Notes under the pieces: generated by a model
Seen by the model: the letters and a program-made list of their open reading frames with translations, nothing else
Told to the model about the DNA's origin: nothing
Database searches by the model: none
Part shown: one piece after another, positions 37,950 through 45,652 of the stretch
Layout of the letters: every line of letters starts with the position of its first letter
Numbering within the stretch: the first letter of the stretch is position 1
Program-made: the position numbers and the translations under genes
Assembly: GCA_963819215.1 (NCBI GenBank)
Contig: CAWFVK010000018.1
Span: 3,158-67,157, forward strand
Length of the DNA stretch: 64,000 nucleotides
DNA from: an uncultured Actinomycetota bacterium
GTDB taxonomy: Bacteria > Actinomycetota > Actinomycetes > Prado026
Reading direction: 5' to 3'

Positions 37950-39248
37950 GTGACCAGCGACACCATCACGACGCCTCCGGCTGGCGACCCCGCCCCCGAG
38001 GGTGGCGGAGCCACGCCCGCGTCCGAGATCACCCCGCCGAAGAAGGGTTGGCGGCAGCGCCGCAAGGAGCGCAAGGCCCGGCCCGTCACGCGCACCCGGT
38101 TCATCGTGCGCCGGGTCCTGGTCGGCCTCCTGGCGCTGGCAGCGATCGCCGTCGTCTGGTTCGGGTTCTCGTTCGCGCCGTACGTGCGCGGGTCGCAGGG
38201 TGAACCCACCTCGGTCCTGCTGGCCGAGTGGGGGCGCGACAACCACCTCGGCCCGATCGTCGCGAACGCCGAGAACTTCTACTACGACCACTTCGCGACC
38301 GTGCCCGTGGGCGGGAAGCCGACCGGCAGCGCGGTCGTCGCCCAGCCGTCGGTCAGCGCACCGGGGGTCATCAGCCCCACGCCGACACCCGGGGTCTCCA
38401 CCGCTCCGGTGGTCGTCCATGCGCACCTGAACCCGCCGGCCAACATCACCCCACCGGTGACCCCGATCCCTGACGAAGGCGTGTGGCAACCGGTCGGCTC
38501 GAAGGTGGACGGCCTCAACGCGGTGTACGTCACCCGGGTGCGTCCCGACGCCATCCACACCAGCGTGCTGGCCTCGATGATGTGGATCGACACCAAGCTC
38601 ACCCACACGATGCTCGTCCCTGGCTACATCGAGCCAGGGGGACCGAACCCGTCGAACGGCGCGCTGCCCAAGGCGCTCTGGCCGTCGGTGCTCGCGAACT
38701 TCAACGGTGGGTTCCGGCTGCAGGACTCCCGCGGCGGCTACTACTACCAGGGCACGACGGTCGCCCCGCTCGTGAGCGGCCGCGCCACGGCCACGTTCGG
38801 CAAGGACGGCAGCATCAACATCGGCTCGTGGAACCGTGACTTCTCCATGACGCCGAACACCTCGGTGGTCCTGCAGAACCTCGACCTCATCGTCGACGGC
38901 GGCAAGTCCAGGGTGCAGCCCGGTGACGGCTTCGTCTGGGGCGCCACCACGCACGGCGAGAACCTCGCCTGGCGTTCAGCCGTCGGCATCCGGCCCGACG
39001 GCAGCCTCGTCTACATCGGCTCCCCGGGCCTGTCCGCCGAGACGATGGCCGACACGCTGGTCAAGGCCGGCGTGGTGCGGGCCATGGTGCTGGACATGAA
39101 CAACTGGTGGGTCGCGGGCTTCTACTTCGACCACGACGCGAACGGCGCCCCGGTGTGCGCCAAGCTCGACCCCAACATCGCCGAGGGCTGCGACCGCTTC
39201 CTCAACAAGTACAAGCGCGACTCGTTCCAGATCCTGGCCGCCCCCTGA
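37950..39248 (+). CDS. Phosphodiester glycosidase family protein (DUF2233/NAGPA-like), N-terminal TM anchor
   Basis: 432-aa ORF with a basic N-terminus plus TM (VLVGLLALAAIAVVWFGF). AEWGRDNHLGPIVANAENFYYDH and the C-terminal GGFRLQDSRGGYY...NWWVAGFYF pattern are typical of actinobacterial members. Confidence 0.7.
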   Translation: MTSDTITTPPAGDPAPEGGGATPASEITPPKKGWRQRRKERKARPVTRTRFIVRRVLVGLLALAAIAVVWFGFSFAPYVRGSQGEPTSVLLAEWGRDNHLGPIVANAENFYYDHFATVPVGGKPTGSAVVAQPSVSAPGVISPTPTPGVSTAPVVVHAHLNPPANITPPVTPIPDEGVWQPVGSKVDGLNAVYVTRVRPDAIHTSVLASMMWIDTKLTHTMLVPGYIEPGGPNPSNGALPKALWPSVLANFNGGFRLQDSRGGYYYQGTTVAPLVSGRATATFGKDGSINIGSWNRDFSMTPNTSVVLQNLDLIVDGGKSRVQPGDGFVWGATTHGENLAWRSAVGIRPDGSLVYIGSPGLSAETMADTLVKAGVVRAMVLDMNNWWVAGFYFDHDANGAPVCAKLDPNIAEGCDRFLNKYKRDSFQILAAP

Positions 39249-39266
39249 CACGGCGGGGCGCGGGCC

Positions 39267-40025
39267 TCAGATCTTGAGCCGTCGGAACACCGGGCGTGGC
39301 AGGTGGCGCAGGCCCGACATCACGAACCGCAGCTGACCGGGGACCCACACGATCTCGCGCCCGGTCCGCAGCGCCTTCACCACGGCGTCCGCCACCGCAG
39401 CGGGCGTGGTCGCGAGCGGAGCGTCCGGCAGCCCTGCCGTCATCTTGCTGCGCACGAAGCCTGGCCGCACGATGACCACGCGCACGCCACTGCCCTGCAG
39501 CGAGTCGCCGAGCCCCTGCGCGAAGGCGTCGAGCCCGGCCTTGCTGGAGCCGTACACGAAGTTCGACCGACGCGCGCGCTCACCGGCGACCGACGACAGC
39601 ACCACCAGGGCGCCGTGCCCCTGGGCCTTGAGGGCGTTGGCCGCGCGCAAGCCGAGGGACAGCGCTCCGACGTAGTTGACCGACGCGACCTCGACCGCGC
39701 GGTCGGGGTCCGCCTCGTCCTGCTCCTGGTCTCCCAGCAGCCCGAACGCGAGCAGCACGACGTCGACGTCACCGCCGGCGAACAGCGCCTTGACCGTCGC
39801 GTCGTGGGTCTGCGTCGCGGCGGCATCCAGGCCGATCGTGGTGACGTCCGTCGCCCCGGCGGCGAGCACCTCGGAACGCGCAACCGCCAGGGCGTCGGTG
39901 TCACGACCGGCCAGCACCACCCGCCGGGTCCGGCCACGGGCGAGCTGGGTGGCGATGGCGAGCGCGATCTCCGAGCTGCCGCCGAGCACGGCCAGGGACT
40001 GCGGTTCCCCGAGGGCGTCGATCAC
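39267..40025 (-). CDS. dprE2: Decaprenylphospho-beta-D-erythro-pentofuranosid-2-ulose 2-reductase (SDR)
   Basis: 252-aa SDR: LGGSSEIALAIA (TGxxxGxG-like), YGSSKAGLD (YxxxK). GTG at 40025 overlaps the dprE1 stop (GTGA). The gene sits in the ubiA-dprE1-dprE2 order. Confidence 0.8.
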   Translation of the reverse strand: MIDALGEPQSLAVLGGSSEIALAIATQLARGRTRRVVLAGRDTDALAVARSEVLAAGATDVTTIGLDAAATQTHDATVKALFAGGDVDVVLLAFGLLGDQEQDEADPDRAVEVASVNYVGALSLGLRAANALKAQGHGALVVLSSVAGERARRSNFVYGSSKAGLDAFAQGLGDSLQGSGVRVVIVRPGFVRSKMTAGLPDAPLATTPAAVADAVVKALRTGREIVWVPGQLRFVMSGLRHLPRPVFRRLKI

Positions 40026-41351
40026 AGCGAGAGCCTCCTGGACTGGTCGGACACGAACCGGTGGTCAGGATCGACCCGCTCGCGCAGGCGGCGCCATGCG
40101 TCGAGCCCAGGGTAGAACGCAGGCAGCAGCTCCGGTCGCAGCCGGGAGTCCTTCGCGAGGTAGACCGAGCCGCCGGCGGCCGCGACCAGCTCGTCGATGT
40201 CGTCGAGCACGGCCCCGAGCCCCGCGGTCGCAGCGGGGACGTCGAGGGCGAGCGTCCATCCGGGTCGAGGGAACGACAGCGGACCGGGCGAGGCCGCACC
40301 GAACCGCTTCAGCACCGCGAGGAAGGACGGCACCCGCCCCGCCGACAGCCGCCCCAGGACGGTCCGCAGCGCGACCTCGTCCGGCACCACGCACTGGTAC
40401 TGCAGGAAGCCCCTCGGCCCGTAGAGCCGGTTCCAGCCGCCGACCGAGTCGAGCGGGTGGAAGAAGGGCGCGATGGCGTGCAGCGCGCCCACCTGTCGCC
40501 GCGGGGCCTTCCGGTACCAGGCCTCGTTGAACGCCGCGATGCTCGCCCGGTTCAGCAACCCGCCCGGCACGTAGGGCGGTGCCGAGGCTCGCTGTGCTGG
40601 CCGGTACGCCGGATGCCTGTCGCCGAGCTCCTCGGCACTCGCGTGCTCGCCCGAGGTGATGACTCCGCGGCCGGCACGTGAGCCGGTCGCCAGGCAGTCG
40701 ATCCAGGCGACGCTGTACCGGTGGCGGTCCTCGGCCGCGACCAGCCGCTCGAGCAGGGCATCGAGATTGCCTGCGCGCTCGGTGTCCACCGACATCATCG
40801 GGGTGGGCGCGGGCAGCAACCGCAACGTCACCTCGGTGACGACGCCGGTCAGGCCCATCCCGCCGAAGGTCCCCCAGAACAGCTCCGGGTCGGACGTCCG
40901 GGCTGACGGTCTGCACCGAGCCGTCCGCGAGCACGAGCACGAGGCTGGACACGTGGCTGGCGAACGAGCCGTCGCGGTGGTGGTTCTTGCCGTGGACGTC
41001 AGCAGCCACCGCCCCGCCGAGCGTCACGAAGCGCGTGCCCGGGGTGACAGGGACGAACCAACCGCACGGCACGATCACCCGCAGGAGCGCGTCGAGACTG
41101 ACGCCGGCCTGCGCGCGGACGATGCCGAGCTCGAGGTCGAGCTGCAGGATCCGGTCGAGCCCGGTCAGGTCGAGGACGGTCCCGCCCGCGTTCTGCGCGG
41201 GATCGCCGTAGGACCGGCCCAGACCACGCGCGACCGCTCCGCGCGGTGCGGTGCTCGCGAGCAGCTCAGCCACCTGGGCAGGCTCGGTCGGACGCAGGAC
41301 CTCCGCCGCGGTGGGTGCGGTCCGGCCCCAGCCGGCGAGGAGCTCAGACAA
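40022..41351 (-). pseudogene. dprE1: Decaprenylphosphoryl-beta-D-ribose oxidase (FAD-binding), one frame break near 40895
   Basis: The N-terminal half ([12 protein letters not shown]...[10 protein letters not shown]...[24 protein letters not shown]) is in ORF 40065-41351. The break falls between VSPDV and [23 protein letters not shown]. The C-terminal half is in ORF 40022-40858 (...YLAKDSRL...). The break looks like one extra C in GTCCGAC. Confidence 0.8.
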
Positions 41352-42225
41352 CGTTGGCTGCCAGGACGAAGGTGACCAGCCAGGCCAGCCCGATCAGCTG
41401 CAGACCCCGATCACGGAGCACGACATCCTCCGGCGAGCCCGCCTTCCCGCTGTCGACGTCGACCGCGTACCGCAGGATCCCGAGCACGAAAGGCGCCACC
41501 GAGATCTGCGCCCACGAGACCGCCCCGCGGGTCGCGCCGACGTCGAACGACCACAACGCGTAGGCGAAGATCGTCGCCGTCGCGGAGACGCTCCACACGA
41601 AGCGGAGGTAGCTCGCGGAGTACAGCGTCACCGAGCGCCTGGCAGCCGCGCCGTGCTCGGCGACCGCCATCAGCTCCGCGTAGCGCTTGCCTGCCACCAT
41701 GAACAGCGACCCGAACGACGCGACGAGCAGGAACCACTGGGAGAGCGAGATCCCGGTCGCCGCCCCACCGGCGATCGCCCGCAGCAGGAAGCCTGCCGCG
41801 ACGACGGCGAGGTCGAAGACGGGCTGGTGCTTGATGCCGAGCGAGTACGCCACCGTGATGACGAGGTAGATCGCGAGCACGAGGGCCAGGTGCGAGTTGG
41901 CCAGCGTCCAGCCCAGGACCAGGGCGAGGACGGCGAGCACCACCGCGCTGATCAGCGCGGCTGCCGGTGCGAGCGCCCCGCTGGCGATAGGGCGGTCGCG
42001 CTTGGTCGGGTGCGCCCGGTCGGCATCGGCGTCCACGAGGTCGTTGACCAGGTAGCCGGCGCTCGAGGCCATGCAGAACGTCACGAACGCGACGACCACG
42101 TGCCGCAGGACCGTGCCGTGGAGCAGCGTGCCGTCGGCCAGCGGTGCCGCGACCACGAGCACGTTCTTGACCCACTGCCGGGGCCGGGCGGCACGCAGCA
42201 GGGCCGTCGGCCCTCGGTCCGCCAC
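41344..42225 (-). CDS. Decaprenyl-phosphate phosphoribosyltransferase (UbiA prenyltransferase superfamily)
   Basis: AAGGAG-N8-GTG at 42225 ([21 protein letters not shown]). Motifs [26 protein letters not shown] and multiple TMs are present. It is followed by dprE1 and dprE2. Confidence 0.8.
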   Translation of the reverse strand: MADRGPTALLRAARPRQWVKNVLVVAAPLADGTLLHGTVLRHVVVAFVTFCMASSAGYLVNDLVDADADRAHPTKRDRPIASGALAPAAALISAVVLAVLALVLGWTLANSHLALVLAIYLVITVAYSLGIKHQPVFDLAVVAAGFLLRAIAGGAATGISLSQWFLLVASFGSLFMVAGKRYAELMAVAEHGAAARRSVTLYSASYLRFVWSVSATATIFAYALWSFDVGATRGAVSWAQISVAPFVLGILRYAVDVDSGKAGSPEDVVLRDRGLQLIGLAWLVTFVLAANVV

Positions 42226-42635
42226 CCGCCACACTCCTTGATCGTCTGCTGCCTGTCGGTCCGTCGTCGACCTGCTGGCCGCCTTCTGCTCCCGGCCTCG
42301 CGTGCGTCGTGCGCTCGACCTTATCGAGGACCACGCTCGGCACCGGCGCGCTTGACGGCCACCGGACGACATTCCTCGCGCTGGCCGGTGACAGCGTTGC
42401 TAGGCAACGTCAACAGGTATTTCTGCGCATTCGCTGTGAACGCCGGGGCAACAAGATTCGGCCACCTCGGATCGCCGTCCCGACCGCACCGCGTTCGGAG
42501 GCGTGCCCCGGACCTACGCGGTGGACTCCTCGCCGACCGTCTTGGCCGCGGCGCGCGCCATGGCCCAGGACCCCTACCTCAACCCCAGGAGTGACCTGAA
42601 CCCCTGACAGGCGAGGCGTCGTCGTCGGCTGCGCG

Positions 42636-43160
42636 CTAGCCGACGATGACGTCCGTTCCCGAGAGCTTCACAGCGAACGGGTGCAGCGGAGCGGGTGCCG
42701 GACCGTTGATCACGGCGCCCGTGGTGGCGACGTACTTCGAGCCGTGGCACGGGCAGTCCAGCTGCTTGCCTGCTACCGCGACGGTGCAGCCCATGTGGGT
42801 GCAGATCGCGCTGAAGCCCACCACCGTCCCTGCGGTGGGCTGAGCGATGATGATCGGCGCACCGTTCGACGTCGCCGACACCGCGCCGCCGACGGGGATG
42901 TCAGCGAGCTTGGCCAGCGCCCCAGTGGCTGGCGCAGTGCTCGCCGACGCCGAGGCGGCCGGGGTCGTCGGCGACGCACTGCCGGCGGCTTGCGACGGGC
43001 TCGAGGCCGCAGCTCCAGGGGTGCTCGCCGCACCACCTGAGCTCGCGGACGAACACCCTGCGAGCGCGATGGCGCCAGCGGTGGTCGCGCCCAGCGCCAG
43101 CAGCGAGCGCCTGCTCACCGCGAGATCGGGGGTTGGTGCGTCGGTCGGGGAGTCGGTCAT
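42636..43160 (-). CDS. Tat-exported Rieske [2Fe-2S] domain lipoprotein
   Basis: Twin-arginine signal SRRSLLALGATTAGAIALAGCSS with lipobox, a Ser/Ala/Pro linker, and the Rieske motifs CTHMGCTV and CPCHGSKY. Confidence 0.85.
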   Translation of the reverse strand: MTDSPTDAPTPDLAVSRRSLLALGATTAGAIALAGCSSASSGGAASTPGAAASSPSQAAGSASPTTPAASASASTAPATGALAKLADIPVGGAVSATSNGAPIIIAQPTAGTVVGFSAICTHMGCTVAVAGKQLDCPCHGSKYVATTGAVINGPAPAPLHPFAVKLSGTDVIVG

Positions 43161-43224
43161 GAAGGCCTCGTCTCGATCGGTGGGTGGTCAGGTTCCGACG
43201 ACGTCAGAAGCTGTCTCCCTCACC

Positions 43225-43250
43225 AACGGGGCCAGGCACTGCCTAGTTCA
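43225..43250 (-). promoter_or_regulatory. ECF-type promoter candidate TGAAC-N17-CGTT upstream of the Rieske gene
   Basis: The minus-strand sequence is TGAACTAGGCAGTGCCTGGCCCCGTT. The -10 CGTT lies about 65 nt upstream of the Rieske ATG (43160). The generic ECF architecture is a GAAC -35 core and a CGT -10 core with a 16-17-nt spacer. The -35 lies inside the promoter-proximal copy of the 18-bp repeat. Confidence 0.4.
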
Positions 43251-43288
43251 GCGGCACTGCCTAGTTCAGCGGGACTGCCTAGTTCAGC
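43235..43288. repeat. 18-bp tandem repeat x3 (GGCACTGCCTAGTTCAGC, GGCACTGCCTAGTTCAGC, GGGACTGCCTAGTTCAGC) overlapping the anti-sigma stop codon
   Basis: Read directly. The third copy (43271-43288) contains the last codons and the stop (CTA at 43279-43281) of the anti-sigma gene. Copies 1 and 2 lie in the intergenic region. Confidence 0.95.
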
Positions 43289-43935
43289 GGGACCGGCACC
43301 AGCACCTTGCCGTTCTCGTCGGCCACCTCCAGCTGCGCCAACGTGGACGGCGCACCCGACACGTTGCCGTTGACCGAGGCGGTGCCGTAGTAGCTGGCCT
43401 TCCAGGTCGCCGCGGTCTCGCGGTGCCCGTCCACGCCCACGACGGTCAAGGTGCAGGTCGTCCCGGGTTCGACCCCGCTGATCGAGACGACGAGCTTGCT
43501 GCCCCAAGCGCCCGGCCGCACCCACACGTGCGCGGACACCCCGGTGGCAGCGTCGGTGGCCTGCCGATTGATCACCACCGGGCCGGCAGCAGACGTCGGC
43601 ACCGGCTGGTTGTCGCTGCGCAGGTCCGCGATCCCCCAGGCACCGAAGCCCGCCACCAGCACCACCGAGGCCGCGATGGCGACCACCGCACGGCGCCAGC
43701 GATCCCGCCGCTCGCGGGCTGCGGCGACGAGCAGCCGGTCGAGCAGCTCGGGCGGTGCGGGCGTGACCGTCTCGGTCGGGTCCACGCTGTCCAGCAACGT
43801 GGGCACCGACTCGAGCCAGACCTGCTCGGCCTGGCAGATGGGGCAGCTGGCGACGTGGTCGGCAGTCTCGGGGTCGAGCTCGCTCCTGGTGAGCAACGCG
43901 ACCGCGAGGTTCTCGCCGGCCTCCTGGCAGTTCAC
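43279..43935 (-). CDS. Zinc-binding (ZAS, zf-HC2) transmembrane anti-sigma factor
   Basis: HxxxCxxC motif (HVASCPICQAE), single TM (AVVAIAASVVLVAGFGAWGI) and an extracytoplasmic domain. GTG at 43935 overlaps the sigma stop (GTGA). Confidence 0.85.
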   Translation of the reverse strand: MNCQEAGENLAVALLTRSELDPETADHVASCPICQAEQVWLESVPTLLDSVDPTETVTPAPPELLDRLLVAAARERRDRWRRAVVAIAASVVLVAGFGAWGIADLRSDNQPVPTSAAGPVVINRQATDAATGVSAHVWVRPGAWGSKLVVSISGVEPGTTCTLTVVGVDGHRETAATWKASYYGTASVNGNVSGAPSTLAQLEVADENGKVLVPVPLN

Positions 43936-44513
43936 GGGGCTATCCCTCTTTCCTCACAGGCGTTGCGGAGCGCCCTCAGTGCGTAGTGGGCGCGCGACTT
44001 GACGGTCCCCTCGGGGATGCCGAGCGTCTGCGCCGCCTGGCTGACCGACTGGTCTCGGTAGTACAGCTCGAGGACGACGGCTCGGTGCTCGGCCGACAAG
44101 GCGGCAAGCACGTCCGTCATCTCCCAGTGCAGGAGGACCTGATCAAGGCGCGGGTCGACCTTCGGCGAAGGCTCGCCGATCACGCTGACCTCACGCGGCC
44201 GGGCCTTGCGAGCCCGCTCGCCGTCGACCACCAGGTTCCGTGCAACGGTGAACAACCAGCCGCGCACCGAGCTCCGCTCACGCCCTGGCTCGAACGCCTG
44301 GGGATGCTGCCAAGCCCGGAGCAGGGCCTCCTGCACGACGTCCTCGGCCCGACCCGGGTCGCCGGTGAGTCGGCGCACGTACCCCAGCAGCGGGCCGGCG
44401 TGCTCCTCGTAGAGGGCGCGGACCAGCTGCTCGTCAGCCACGGGCAGCGCTCTCACACCAGAGGAACGGATGACAGCCACGTCCGGTTCAACCGCGATCG
44501 ACCCCTCGACCAT
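43932..44513 (-). CDS. ECF (group 4) RNA polymerase sigma factor
   Basis: Region 2 is LVRALYEEHAGPLLGYVRRLTGDPGRAEDVVQEALLRAW. Region 4 is HRAVVLELYYRDQSVSQAAQTLGIPEGTVKSRAHYALRAL. Confidence 0.9.
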   Translation of the reverse strand: MVEGSIAVEPDVAVIRSSGVRALPVADEQLVRALYEEHAGPLLGYVRRLTGDPGRAEDVVQEALLRAWQHPQAFEPGRERSSVRGWLFTVARNLVVDGERARKARPREVSVIGEPSPKVDPRLDQVLLHWEMTDVLAALSAEHRAVVLELYYRDQSVSQAAQTLGIPEGTVKSRAHYALRALRNACEERGIAP

Positions 44514-44525
44514 GCCGCGGCTCGA

Positions 44526-45050
44526 TTAGCTCCCGGCGTCTTCAGGTTGCTCGGCGGGCGGGACGTCGGCGGGCTGGACGTCAGTGCTCTCCTTGCGGCC
44601 GAACCTGGCCCTGACCTCGCTGCCCAGCCCGATCGACGGGCCACCGATGAGTTCCCACGCTCGGGCGATGCCCACCACGAAGCAGACGATGACGAGCGTC
44701 GCGACGGATCTGAGCGCATCGAGATTCTGCCCATTGCGCTCCAACCGGATCGCTTCGAGTAGCTGGAACACGAAGATGACCATGAGGCCGACCAGGAAGA
44801 CGACGTCGTAGCCGTTGCGCCAGCTCACTCCGTGGACACGCAGCAACGATGACAGCGACGCGGCGATGAACACCAGGCCGACCACCGACATCGTGAGCGT
44901 CGCCGCCGCGAAGCCACCAGCAGGAACCAGGCCGAACAACGACACCACCAGCGCATTGCTGAAGGCCGTCAGGGCAGCTGCGGCTCTCACCCGGTGAAGC
45001 TGGGTGTCGTCGCGCTCGACCAGCCGGTCCATGCGAACCGAGATCGCCAC
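44526..45050 (-). CDS. Integral membrane protein, unknown function (start uncertain)
   Basis: ORF from GTG at 45050 with four TMs. The frame stays open upstream and encodes a further TM-like stretch, NQFEAFFAASAGVAGALVGLLF. The only in-frame candidate start there is CTG at 45119, which overlaps the DinB stop (CTGA). Confidence 0.5.
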   Translation of the reverse strand: MAISVRMDRLVERDDTQLHRVRAAAALTAFSNALVVSLFGLVPAGGFAAATLTMSVVGLVFIAASLSSLLRVHGVSWRNGYDVVFLVGLMVIFVFQLLEAIRLERNGQNLDALRSVATLVIVCFVVGIARAWELIGGPSIGLGSEVRARFGRKESTDVQPADVPPAEQPEDAGS

Positions 45051-45115
45051 GAACAGCAGCCCTACCAGCGCCCCCGCGACACCAGCGCTGGCCGCGAAGA
45101 AGGCCTCGAACTGAT

Positions 45116-45652
45116 TCAGCGCCCGACCCCGGACGTCTCGACGTCGTACACGTGGTGCACCAGATCGTGCAGCATGTAGCGGCCGAGGCTCCCGAGGGTG
45201 AACACCGAGCCGTCCGACCGGCGTCCTGGACGGGCGAGGTCGGCGGCGCTGGCGCCCTCGAACAGGCTGGCCAGCACGTCCGCGTTCGCCGCGATGGCCG
45301 CACCGACGACGGCGGGCGCCTGCTGCCCGTACGGCACCTCGGCGGCGGTGATGTCCGGGTCCCAGTCCGCGAAGAGCGGGTCGTCCTCCTCGAGGATCCG
45401 GCGGGCCCGCAGCGTGAACAGGGACAGCACGTCACGCACGTGCTCGCCGTACTCGACCGGCGACCACACCAGGGGCTCCGGACGGACCGAGACCAGCGGG
45501 TCGTCGGCAAGGCCGTCGAGCAGCGCCTGCCAGGTCCGGCCGACGGATGCGATCAGCGGGCCGAGCTCAGCCTCGTCGAGATCGCGGACGTCGTAGCCGC
45601 ACTCCTGGCACGGCTCGACGAGCACGAAGGTCCAGTCCCTGCCATCACCCAC
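45116..45652 (-). CDS. DinB-family (DinB_2 / mycothiol-dependent-like) protein
   Basis: 178-aa ORF with the His pattern EYGEHVRD ... MLHDLVHHVYD typical of the DinB_2 four-helix bundle. GTG at 45652. Confidence 0.6.
   Translation of the reverse strand: MGDGRDWTFVLVEPCQECGYDVRDLDEAELGPLIASVGRTWQALLDGLADDPLVSVRPEPLVWSPVEYGEHVRDVLSLFTLRARRILEEDDPLFADWDPDITAAEVPYGQQAPAVVGAAIAANADVLASLFEGASAADLARPGRRSDGSVFTLGSLGRYMLHDLVHHVYDVETSGVGR

Noticed and set aside
42395-42409. Palindrome CGTTGC-TAG-GCAACG as a defined regulator binding site or small RNA
   Set aside because: It is a single 15-bp palindrome in a promoter-like lower-GC stretch. I recognise no matching known motif and no second copy in the window. 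It is mentioned only within the operon finding.
43235-43288. Tandem 18-mers as a possible mini CRISPR array
   Set aside because: The copies are directly adjacent with no spacers. The repeat is only 18 bp, and no cas genes are in the window.
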